NCBI GenBank assembly: GCA_964247055.1 | Contig: OZ176053.1 | Location: forward strand, 248,001-312,000 | Direction of reading: 5' to 3' | DNA: 64,000 bases | From: Paragordius varius | Lineage: Eukaryota; Animalia; Nematomorpha | Shown: positions 1-11,600 of the stretch, one piece after another | Position numbering within the stretch: position 1 is the first letter of the stretch | Layout: the number at the start of each line of letters is the position of its first letter | The notes under the pieces: model-generated | The model's database searches: none | The model's input: only the letters and a program-made list of their open reading frames with translations | What the model was told of the DNA's origin: nothing | Translations under genes and position numbers: made by a program

Positions 1-565
1 CAAACATAATGGAGTATGTATCAAATTAATCGTCTGCAAAATTTTCTCTTACGCCTTGTCATACCAGAAATTTATCATTTTTAAAATTTTATAATAATTA
101 AGTCATGTGCCCCCTCACTGATTTTTATATAATCCGTTAAGATTATCGAAGCTTGGATGATGAATAATCGCCCTTTTTTAAATTTGTTAAAAAGAAAATT
201 TATCGGGCCAAATTAAATTCATATTTAGTTTTTCAACCATAACAGAAATGATGTATCGACGCGCGTAAAGACCCCTTTGTAACACATAGAACAAAAATAC
301 TGTTTCTACTTAATTTGTTATAAAATCTGTTGAACCGATAAACATTTTTTTTATTTTAACCATCAAAATTTAATATCCTTTTTCAATGATTACCCATTTT
401 CGTTAAAAATAAATATAATTATAAATGGCCAAAATAAAGGGAATTATTGAGAGATGCATTTTTTTTTCAATAAGTTGATAAAAAAACATTTTAATAAGGC
501 TTACAACTATGTGTTGATATAAAACACATAAATAAAAATTGAGTGGGTAACGACGAGAGTTTGTA

Positions 566-1570
566 ATGTAAATGATGTTAGAATCGTCGTAAAATAACGC
601 AAAAATAAAAATATAATTTATTAATTCTCAAATTTTCGCCATAGGCATCATCAGGAGATTAGTTAAAAAAAATATATGTAAAATAAGAAAATAAAAATTA
701 AATTAAAAAAAAATGAACAAAATCATGGTTGATATTACTTATATAGGAAAAAATCACAAAATAACCGTTAGTGGACAAAAGAAAAAAAGATCACAAAGAA
801 AACCGTTGTGATGTAAAAAACCAAATGTGTATTTTTTTTTTCACAAAAATTAATTGTAATGGAATAAATAAAATAATAATTTAACATCAAACAATGTAAG
901 CGTAAAATTATTAAAATTTAAGTAATATCTACACTATAAAATGGTTTGTCATAAAAAATTCGATAATTTTTTATAAATGATTTAGTTTCAGAATTTATAG
1001 CTTTCCTTTCTTGAATGCTCGAACAGAATTGACGTTTTAGCCGTTGAAAGAAAATACAGCGCAAGGATAACAAAAGAAGCACTCTTTATACAGAGCGCAG
1101 AAGATGGTTTGCTTAATCGCCGTGAAGAAAGGAAAGCTATAAATTCTGAAACTAAATCATTTATAAAAAATTATCGAATTTTTAATGACAAACCATTTTA
1201 TAGTGTAGATATTACTTAAATTTTAATAATTTAGGCTTACATTATTTCATGTTAAATCATTATTTTATTTATAGCATTACAATTAATTTTTGTGAAAAAA
1301 AAAATACACATTTGGTTTTTTACATCACAACGGTTTTCTTTGTGATCTTTTTTTCTTTTGTCCACTAACGGTTATTTTGTGATTTTTTCCTATATAAGTA
1401 ATATCAACCATGATTTTGTTCATTTTTTTTTAATTTAATTTTTATTTTCTTATTTTACATATATTTTTCTTAACTAATCTCCTGATGATGCCTATGGCGA
1501 AAATTTGAGAATTAATAAATTATATTTTTATTTTTGCGTTATTTTACGACGATTCTAACATCATTTACAT
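566..1570. repeat. Large inverted repeat (foldback-like): arms 566-1012 and 1125-1570, 112-bp spacer
   Basis: The right arm is the reverse complement of the left arm (ATGTAAATGATGTTAG...CTTTCCTTTCTT) with about ten differences, mostly clustered in one ~50-bp patch. No TSD recognised. Confidence 0.93.
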
Positions 1571-1813
1571 AAATAAAAAGTTATTTAAAACCTTCGTCGT
1601 ATTTAAGTTACACTTGGTGTCGTTTCATCACAAATATGATAATATCTTGTTTCATCTATTTTATTCAATATGTAAAAAATTAGACTTTTTAAATGATATA
1701 ATCAAACTATTATATTACATTACATGTAAAAATTTATCCAAATATATATAATTTTTAAAAATTGATAATAAATGTTTTTTTGTCCTTTATAATGATAATT
1801 TAATGATGGCACT

Positions 1814-4800
1814 ATGGGGCTTAGACGTTTAATACCTTTAATTCTGAGTATTGTTTTAATTGTAAATTTCATATTTTATGATAAAATTTATAAAAATCCT
1901 AGTAGTAATAAGCTTAAAAAACGCCATAAAATTTCATTATTTGCCAATGAGAAAAAGGTACTACCCTCAAATTTACTGAATTCCCACAATTTTAAATTCC
2001 ATACAGGAGTTTTTTCAGAATCGATGTTGTTTGAAAGCAAAAATCCTATAAATATTCTTCTTTGGAATCAAAATAATTGGTTCAAAACTTCGACTGATGC
2101 ACTTAATTCCAGTAAATTTTCAGTAAATGAGATTGAAAAAGTCTTAGGCTTACCACATATTATTGGAGAAAATTGTCGAATCCTTTCACGAGGTGTAAAA
2201 ATTTTAACCAACTTACATTCTACGGCAAACATAAAAAGTACCATTCCAATCCATGCTTTTATACTAGTTCTTAGACCTAGTGAGAATCTGTATACAGCAA
2301 TCACAACACTTAAACAACTTTGTTTCTATAATTTTAAACAAATGATTGATAATAAGCAAATACTAGCCGAAAACACTTCAATATATCCGTCACCCTATAA
2401 ATTTATGTTTGATATTAACAAAACGGATTTAAAAAGTGGCATAATATCGCCCATTACGCTATCAAATTGTTTAAAGAGATCTGCAAGCCTAATTATTCTC
2501 ATGAATAGGGAACCAGTGCCCCTGTTAAAAGCATTGTGGAATGTATCGGCTAATTTATCTTACTTGGATAATTCCATAGATTTGTTTATGGGTTACCATG
2601 GTGATTCCGATATACCCATCCCCTGGGCTACGGTTAAACTTATACAAACTCAACAAACAAAATTGAGTGATAAAAATAGGTGGTTTAATCATAAAAAGAA
2701 AAGAATTACGAAATCGGATCGAATGTTGAAAAAAGCACATCGAATACAAGGCAGTTGGCATTTTCAAATTCAAAATAATGTATCTTCTTGGTTCGCCGCT
2801 AAAGTTAAAAATTCCTTTCCATTTTTCTTAGCAGATGGTATAGTGGATCGTATGAGGGCTAACCCGCATTTACCCGTAATCCTTTGGTTTGTTAGCAATT
2901 GTAAAACATTTAATCATCGTGAACAAATTGCACGAATGCTAAATAAATACGTTATCCTCCATGTGTATGGGAAATGTGGCATGCCTGACATATGCAAGTC
3001 ATATTTTTATATGTTAATCTATATATTTATAAAAATGGAAAATTCTGGCTTTGTGATCTGGTACAGGAAAACCGGTAGACCCATTCAAATCCAAACTTCG
3101 AAAAAATATAATCATTAATGAATGCCCCGACAATAGCTTCGCCCTTTTTTTGAAATAGGCCCCCAGTTAGGGCCCACCCCGTGTGAAAAATGGGTTAAGT
3201 CAATTTTTTGGAGAACGTGTTGGACCATTCAATTTCAAATATGATTTTTGTTTTTTATTTTTGATTGCGCCGAACATAGTCAAGTCACATTTTTGATTTA
3301 GGCCCTCTTTATACCCGCTCCCCCCGTAAAATGCCATTTTTTTCAAAAAACAAAGTCCACAAAAATAATTTTTTAAATCGATTTTTTTCCCTAGCTATGA
3401 GACCGTAAAAATTCTATATGGATTCCACGTATTCCCTGTTGAAAGGCAAAAATTTTAGTCAGGCGTTTCTTTGATGATAGCTGCTGGGTAAGGAGCTACC
3501 CGCTAAAAACTGATTTCGCATATAACTTTGTGATCTGTTTCCGGAAAACCGGTGAATCCAATCAAATCCAAATAACGAAAAAATATAATCATTAATGAAT
3601 TCCCCGACAATAGCTTCGCCCTTTTTTGGAATTAGGTCCCCAGTTAGGGCCCACCCCGTGTGAAAAATGGGTTAAGTCAATTTGGAAAACGTGTTGTACC
3701 ATTCAATTTCAAATATGAATTTTGTTTACTTATTTTTGATCGCGCTGAACATAGTCGACTCACTTTTTTGATTTGGGCCGTCTTTTTACCCGCTACCCCC
3801 GAAAGTCCACAAAAATAATTTTTTGATTGTATTTTTTTGCCCAAGGTATGAGACTGTAAAAATTCCAGAAGGTTTTTTCGTATTACCTGTTAAAAGGCAA
3901 AAATTTTAGTCAAGCATTTTGGATAATAGATGCTGAGTAAGGAGTTTCTATCATATGTATAAATATTTCTTAAATCTATTATTCCCTCAAGTAAACAATC
4001 AATGTATGAATGCACCGTTTTATAATTCCTATGAGATCATAGCTATTAAATAATGTTTCGAAATAATCCACATATGTGGATCATTTTATTGTCCCTTTTT
4101 TCAAATAACCCCTCACCCCCCCAGAAGTCCGAAGGACTTCCTCGGGCTGCGTAGCAGCATGAGATTTATGCTAGTATATATATATATATATATATTATTA
4201 AATTTTGAGTTGAAATTTACGGTGGTTCTATGCAAAAATAAACTAAGATTTTGAGGGTTTTTGAGTTAAAAAAAATATTTTTTGGCGTTTATATTTGATT
4301 TAGTTTAATCCAACTTTTTCTGGGTAATGAACCTTTAAATTAAAATATTTTGAAAAAGCGAACTATGTTTTGTGTGAAAGCTATGGATTTGTCTAAAGTG
4401 TTTGGTTAGATAAACCCTTTTAAATTAAAGATACCGTTTTCATATTTTTAACATAGTTAATTTTTTCATTTACTATTTTTTATACAGTAATGGAAATAAT
4501 ATTGACAAAACGTAAAACTAAAAGACAACCATAATTAATTTTTTTAAATATAATTTATCATTTTGGGTTGGTAAATAGGGAATTCCATAAATTATCAATA
4601 CCTAAATTATATATTATTTATAATTGTAATTTAGTTTGGGGAAAAATGATCAAGGTTTATAATATTATAGTTTATTAATTGTGTTTTGAAAAAAAAATGT
4701 CTTTATGACTTTACATTTTGTCTGTATTTAATTATTATAACACTGACAACAAATTTTTCTGCCACTCGAGTTTTTTGCATTTTTTGATATTCACCTTTAT

Positions 4801-6804
4801 TTAAACAGTAAATCTGTAATAAAATTTATAACTCCACCTATGAATTTTGTATAATTTGATTTTTTTTATTATGCGCCCTCTTTAAATTTTACTAAAAAAT
4901 GTTTTTCTTTGAAAATAATGCCCATTTGTAAATCATTCGAAAAAGAAATGAAAACTCTATAAAATGCAAACTAATATGTTTTACATCGATAGTTAATATT
5001 GGACATAGAGAGCGAAAAACCCGCGAAGCGAGAGCATTTTTTTTAATTATTATTTTTTTAAAACTAATGGATTAAAATGGCTCAAACTTTATAGATGGTG
5101 AAGAATGTCCAAAAAAGATAACACAAAAAAAATTTTTTTAATTAAAACATTTTTTATTGCTTTTATGTCAATCAAAACAGCCATTTTTAAGTTTTTTGTT
5201 TTTTAAAAAATTACCCCATCAGTATTAGTTTATTTTCTTTACGAGGCTTATAATTTCAAAATTTTAAAGACAAAAACAAAGTAGCCATTATATAATAAAT
5301 TTAAAGTTATAACTACGCATTTTAGTTTCCACTAGGTAAAATAATTATGATAATAAAAATTTATATTAAAAAAGCAAACCAAAAGCTTTTTAAATACTAA
5401 TATAACCCTAATAATTATATTAAAATAATTTATATGATTTTCAAATTAGTTTGGCTGTGTAATTTTTGACTTATTTAAGGGTTAAAAATTTTGACCATAT
5501 AAACCCAAATAACATTTACATCCGATTGATTTAAATGACTTACTACCATTTAAAAGATGCAGTTTTTTGCGCTCTTTTGAATGATATAAAACACATGGCT
5601 CGAAAATTTTTAATTTTCAAAATTTCGAATTTAATGTTAAATCGGGGCCAAAAATTATCGATAAACTTAAACATAAAAAAAATCTTAGGCGTTAGACCAA
5701 TTTTCTTTTCAGATATACTATTTAAGTACTTTAATGAAATAAATTTTAAATTTACAAGAAGGGCAGTGTTAAAAAAATTCAAAATTTTTTGTCTAGTGTA
5801 ATTATTTTGTATACACGACAGGAAAAAAGATGAAATTTGCATGATTGATATAATTCGGCAATACAAATTTTATCTCTCCTTTGAAAATAATGTGTGTCCA
5901 GAATACATGACTGAAAAAGTATTTAATGCCCTGAGCTGGAATATCTTGCCAATTGTTTTTGGATCAGATGCCCAAAATAAATTACCACCCCATTCATATA
6001 TCGATGTTAAAAAGTTTCCCAATATCAGTAAGTAAGCATGTAATTTTATTTATTAAACAATAAATTTATAATTTTATACAGAAGCGAAAGTTAAATATAA
6101 TAATAATAATTTTTTTAAAGAAGTTAATTTATTTAATAAATATCAAATTTTCGGTCATATTTGTATAACCTTTTTCAGGATAAAAAAATAAAGCAAAATA
6201 AAAAATATAAATGGTGAATATGATGTGTGGTAAAGGTATCTATAACCAGTGAAAAAAAAACAGTAAACATTAAATATTTATAAAAATGCGTGATTCTTTA
6301 TTTTTTTATAATAAAAATTAAAATTATAAAAAATCTAATTTAAAGACAAATAAACGGTAAGTTTTTTTAGATAAAACTCATAGTTTTAGATCATATGGAG
6401 TATAGATCCGAGTTTTTACTTGTCTTTATATTTTTTATTTTATCCAATTATTATACAAATTTATCTGAGTTTTTCGTAAAATAAGCATTTTTTTAAATTA
6501 TAATTTAGGTTCATTAGCAAAGCACATCGTATATCTGGATAGGAATCCTAAAGCTTATGCCTCATATTTTGATTGGACCCAAACGCATTACATATCAAAC
6601 ACTAAAATTTGGCAAAAAACCTGTCAAAAGGTTTCACAAATCCATTTTAGTCAAGCGAATAGTTCCAGTCTTCTATTAAGAATAAAATCTCAAAGCATTT
6701 ACAATAACTTTACGGATTGGTGGAATGGTTTAAGAACAAAGCCAGAATATGCTTGTAAAAATGTTTCAGTATCTATGGCAAATGAAACAATCCAAATTAT
6801 ATAG
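1814..6804 (+). CDS. Alpha-1,3-fucosyltransferase (glycosyltransferase family 10), about 561 aa, 3 exons
   Basis: Exons 1814-2997, 5822-6027, 6509-6804 join in phase with GT-AG introns. N-terminal type II TM segment; WFVSNC...VYGKCG; alpha-3 motif YKFYLSFENNVCPEYMTEK; LPPHSYIDV; LDRNPKAYASYFDW. Confidence 0.92.
3018..4174 (+). mobile_element. Non-autonomous Helitron in fucosyltransferase intron 1, with an internal ~477-bp tandem duplication
   Basis: Starts TC (A|TCTATATATTTATAAAA) and ends with hairpin GCTGC-GTA-GCAGC (4146-4158), a 12-nt spacer and CTAG|T. Inserted between A and T with no TSD. Homologous copy at 51217. Confidence 0.82.
4741..5798. mobile_element. Non-autonomous DNA transposon, CMC (CACTA/Chapaev3-like) type
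   Basis: TIRs CACT(A)GACAA...TTGTCTAGTG flanked by TAA on both sides. Reverse-orientation homologue at 49227-50328. Confidence 0.8.
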
Positions 6805-7207
6805 CAATTCAATAAATGCTTTTTTCCAATTTTATTAACTTTCAGGAATTAATTTTACAAAACCATGGAGTTTGCAATCTTTAATGTACTACTTTTAAAA
6901 AATTAGTTATTTGTGGCAAGATATGAATCAGATAGGTTTAACAAAAGAGGATCTGAATTTTAAAACAGGTAAAAGAATTACACTCTCTTTTAACTTTATT
7001 ATAAGGTGGGCTAAATTTATAAAAAAGTTAAAAAAATATTCTTAAAATTTTTCTTAAATGAGATAGTAAATATTAGATTATGGAACAAACTAAAGTCGTT
7101 ATTGTTGCCCAGTATTAAAGTCTTTAAAGCCAATAAGATAAGTTATTGATGAAAAATATATCATAAAAAAGTTGTAATCCAAAAGTTCGAATTAGTCTTA
7201 TTGATGT

Positions 7208-8594
7208 TTAGTTTTGATTATAAGCTCTCAAAAATTCTTCAAAAGCAGTTTTTTCTGTTACGCCTTGCAATTTTATTAGCATATTGGGAACTGTTATAGC
7301 AGCCGGTCCCGGAAAATAAAACAGCTGATCGCCTTGATGACAATCATTTTCCGTCTTTGGTTCTAAATTAAATTCTGCTACGATTCCTCCATTAGCTAAC
7401 ACTTGAGGAGAAAATTGAGCAGCTGGGTAAACTTGATTTGAAGTACCAATTACTAGACACAAATCGCACCTATATAATAGGGTGGATATTGTCAAAAGGC
7501 ATAAAATATCTAAAATAATTAATTTGTTTTGTTTCCGTTCAATAAAACCTCAGTTTATGTGCTTTATTTATTTTGGTATCATTTCTTTAACAAAATTGAA
7601 GTTTACCATGATCTTCTGGTAGTATTTGGAGCAGAAGTTGGTACGAAGCCTATACATACCATGGATTTATTGTAAAAACTCTTTGCAAAGTAAGTATTAA
7701 TGCAGAACCTCAAAATTGGCTACTGATTTAGTACTCTGAAGGTGATCTAGCCAACACAACAGGGAGGTAGAAAAAAGACTTTGTTGGCCAAAAACTAAAC
7801 TATAATTTTAATTTATGACAAGTTTGCCCTGATGGTTAAAATGGATTAAAAACCAGAAACGGTTTAAATCTTTAGACATATTTCTTCTGAAAATATTTTT
7901 AAGATTGTTATAAAACGTGACTTAGAAACTGCTTGCCAAGCACGGTCCAAAATAGTGTCATCCAAATTTTCTCCAAACCAAACGACGTTTGGCCTTAATA
8001 GTCCTTGACACTTAGAGTTTGAGCATTTTGGCAAACCACTCACAGGCAATTCAATGATGATATCGACTTGATTTGGATCATCTTGAATGTCTCTGTTTAA
8101 AGTTGATTATGAATAAGAACTTGAATGCTGATATTATGGGGCTATCATAATTTTGCAAAATATTTTTGCATTTTATGCATTTGACTTGGTACAAGGATCC
8201 ATGTAATTCAATGAGATTTCGAGAGCCAGCTTTTCGATGAAGTTCATCTACGTTTTGTGTTACTAATGTAAAATTTTTCCCCTTCTTCACACATTGTTGT
8301 TCCAAATACGTAACGGCATAATGAGCCTTAGATAATTATAAATTTTATACATTATTTGGCCGTTTGGTGCGAACTAATTCTCGTCTGTAATTATAAAATC
8401 GCCAAACTAATGTAGGATTACGGTTAAACGCTTCGGGAGTCGCTAAATCTTGAGATTTCCATTTTTTCCAAAAACCACCGGCACCTCGAAACGTTGGAAT
8501 TCCACTTCTGCGCTGATACCAGCTCCTGTTAGAACTAAAATATTTTTGGAATTTTCAAGTATCGTTTTAAATTTGCCTCAACCTTTGTTTTCAT
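7208..8594 (-). CDS. SIRT5: Class III sirtuin (SIRT5/CobB-type NAD-dependent deacylase); exon 1 frame disrupted in this sequence
   Basis: Exons ~8594-8351, 8326-8121, 8092-7922, 7469-7208. Motifs LTGAGISAE(S)[17 protein letters not shown] (Tyr/Arg acyl-specificity pair), [12 protein letters not shown], CxxC..Cx4[20 protein letters not shown]. One base is missing at 8506-8507 and the start region is also out of frame. Confidence 0.88.
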
Positions 8595-8637
8595 TCATTC
8601 CTTATTTTGGTTTTTGACCATATGCGCAAATTTTGGA

Positions 8638-11600
8638 ATGGTAGAAGATATAACTAATCGGTATGACATTATTCACAAACCAAATATCATGGAATCAATA
8701 AAATCTCAATCATTAACTAATCGAAATAAATATAATCGGCTATCCATAAATTGTGCGACTGAAATGGTTAATGGTAATTCCAATAATCATCATTCAAATG
8801 ATTCAGATGAGGAAATAGACAATCTTATCCATAAAGTCGAGCACAATAAAGAATTAGAAAACAAATTTATTGATGCCATTTTATATTCCGATAATCTTAA
8901 AGAAGCTATCATATCAAAAATTTGTGTGGACCCTCATCTGTCCACCACCGTCACTGCTAAAAATCCTGTGAATAACTTGATTTTTAGATCGTCAAATACT
9001 GTATTAGACTCACAACATTCATCATCCTCTGAATCGGATAACGAAGAAAGTGGTATGGTTTTTTATATTATCTATTATCTTTTTTGTTACTTCTTATGAC
9101 TAATTTTTATTTCCGATAGATAATAAAACAGCTCTGGCAATCCCTATTACAAATACAATGGCAGTTCACGATCCTGATTCTCAATTTTATTTCACTTCAT
9201 CCATAATTGAGAATGAGTTGGAAAAACAACTTAACGCGCTAACTATCCAACAGGAGAAATTGGATTTGACGTATTTTTTTGTTTAATATTTATTATGTTC
9301 ATATGAAACGTTCCAAACTTTGCTTTTATTTTATGATAATTATTAATATGTTAAAATTAATTCTTTATATAATAAAACCATTTTTTATGTCCATAGTTTA
9401 CTCAAAGCACAAATTGAAACAAAATCATTGCTTGATTTGGAGGGCAAACCAGCGCTCAGTAGCATTTACAGTAACAATAAAAGCAACCTAAATAATATAA
9501 ATGCATTACAACGGGAACTTAGGTCCGAATTCGATAGGAATGTCTGTAGACTGAGTCACTTAACACCTGATATTTTCACCGAACTTTGGGATGAAGATAT
9601 GAAATATTTGCAAAAAGTTTCAGAGGCCCGAGCCTATATTCCTTCTTCATCTTCTTTTTTGGATTTTGCAACTTTAAAATTTATACCACGCTACACAACG
9701 CCATCAAAGCAGACGAAACCCATCGGACAAATAGGATCCAGTCACGCGACTCTCCAGTTGATTGGCAGCAATAAATCAGCTGTTGATTCGCACAGTGAAT
9801 CGTCTGATAAGTCATCATCCATACTAATAAATCCGCCATTTTATTTCCCACCCCTTGAAACATATCCTGGTAAGTAAAAAAAATGAATAAAAATATTTCA
9901 CTTAATATCAAAAAAATTGAATAAATGTTATTTAATGTAATATATATATATTTATAGAATTTAAGTTTTACGCGTTAAAATTGTCAAATTTTAATGCCAA
10001 ACTCACTGATAAAATTGTTATAAAATCCAAGCAATTGTGATTTTGCCCTTTTTATATAGTTACATCATATATTTGAATTTGTGGTATCACCGTATAGGAT
10101 TCCATTTAAGAAATGCTGCGGTTTTTTTAATCGGTTTTAAAATTCAAATTATACACCATTTTGTAAATGTTTATCTTTATTAGAATGTTCAAAATCTTAA
10201 TGAACTATTTAGAAAACTTTATTTTTGAATTCATGTTGAAATACAATATGCATTAAACAATTTGAAACACACAGTAGTGTATGGAAAAAACAACAAAATG
10301 TTAATCAAAAACTTTCTTTTCTTTTTTTCCACCTATTGTATTACAAATTGCCCAACTATAATAGTGTGAAATAAGCAACCATTAAAATGCATACCGCATA
10401 TATAATAAAATGTATATCACCAATTTAAACAACAGAACTTAAACAGCTGGATCACAAAAGGATTCAGACGCTTTTATATACCGGAACTCATACAACCATT
10501 CTAAGTCAAGCCTTCAATATTAGCATTAAACGGAGTGATTTACAAACCCTGGACCATATCAATTGGTTAAATGATGAGGTTGTTTTAATCATAAAAAACT
10601 TTTTAAAATTTCGTAATTTTTGCATCGACCGAAAGTGTTTTGTGGTACCTTAAACAAAAAATTTTGTTTAAGATAAAATAGCGATTGTCGAAAAATTGTG
10701 GAATTGAAACTGATATTAAAACGGTTGTTTCAATTACGGATGTAAACCATAAAATATATGTTTTAAAACATTAAACATAATAGTTTAAGTTATAAGGACA
10801 AATTAAACTAATATTAATTAAGAGAGTATTTATTATATAGTACCTGATGTTTTTATCCATATTTTTATATAATTTATTGTGATTAAAATTCCTTTATATT
10901 TTGTGTTACCAATTAGTATTTCTATTCTTTTTTTGCTAGCTAAATCAAGATATCAAATTTAATAGTATTAAAAATAAGGTTTTGTTTCTAAAAATATGAT
11001 TTTTAACATTCATAAAGTTTTGTTTTTATATTTTTTTCGCCATTATTTTAGATTATCAATTTTTACCTGAATATGATTGTGGAAAGAAGTGAGAAGGCTT
11101 TAGTCACTTCAGGGATCCTAGATTCTACAAAAACCCCAAACTGCTCAGAAAAAGATATGAATCAACCCAAAATCATTTATCCCAGCTGTTTTGCTTTTAA
11201 CACCTTTTTTTATTCGTCCCTCAGCGCTAAAGGTAATAACCATATGTTTGCACTTTTTGCGGGCCGGTTTTTTCGTTTGGTTTTATGTTGGTTTATTTGT
11301 GAAATTCGTTTTTTTACTTATGTAAAATTGATAAATTTGTAACTTATAATGCAGTAAAGTTTAATTCAACAATATAAATTTTAATCATTAGTTAAACATA
11401 TTCTTTATGCTTTTAACCTATTAAAATTATAAAATATTTTATTTGATTGAAAATTTTCTCTTATACAGTTTCTAAAGTTTACTATAAATAAATTTATTAG
11501 GATATGCTTCAGTCCGGCGATGGACTAAAAAAGTCGATATTTTTAGCAAAGATATGATTTTCGTCCCAGTACATATTGGTGCTCATTGGTGTATGGCTGT

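Noticed and set aside
5535-5866. Overlapping ORFs 5535-5801(+) and 5543-5866(-)
   Set aside because: They lie mostly inside the CMC-like MITE, are low-complexity F/K/I/N-rich, and show no domain motifs.
8578-8580. In-frame TGA in SIRT5 as selenocysteine or programmed read-through
   Set aside because: It falls in an unconserved N-terminal position, no SECIS-like hairpin was recognised, and a nearby indel explains it more simply.
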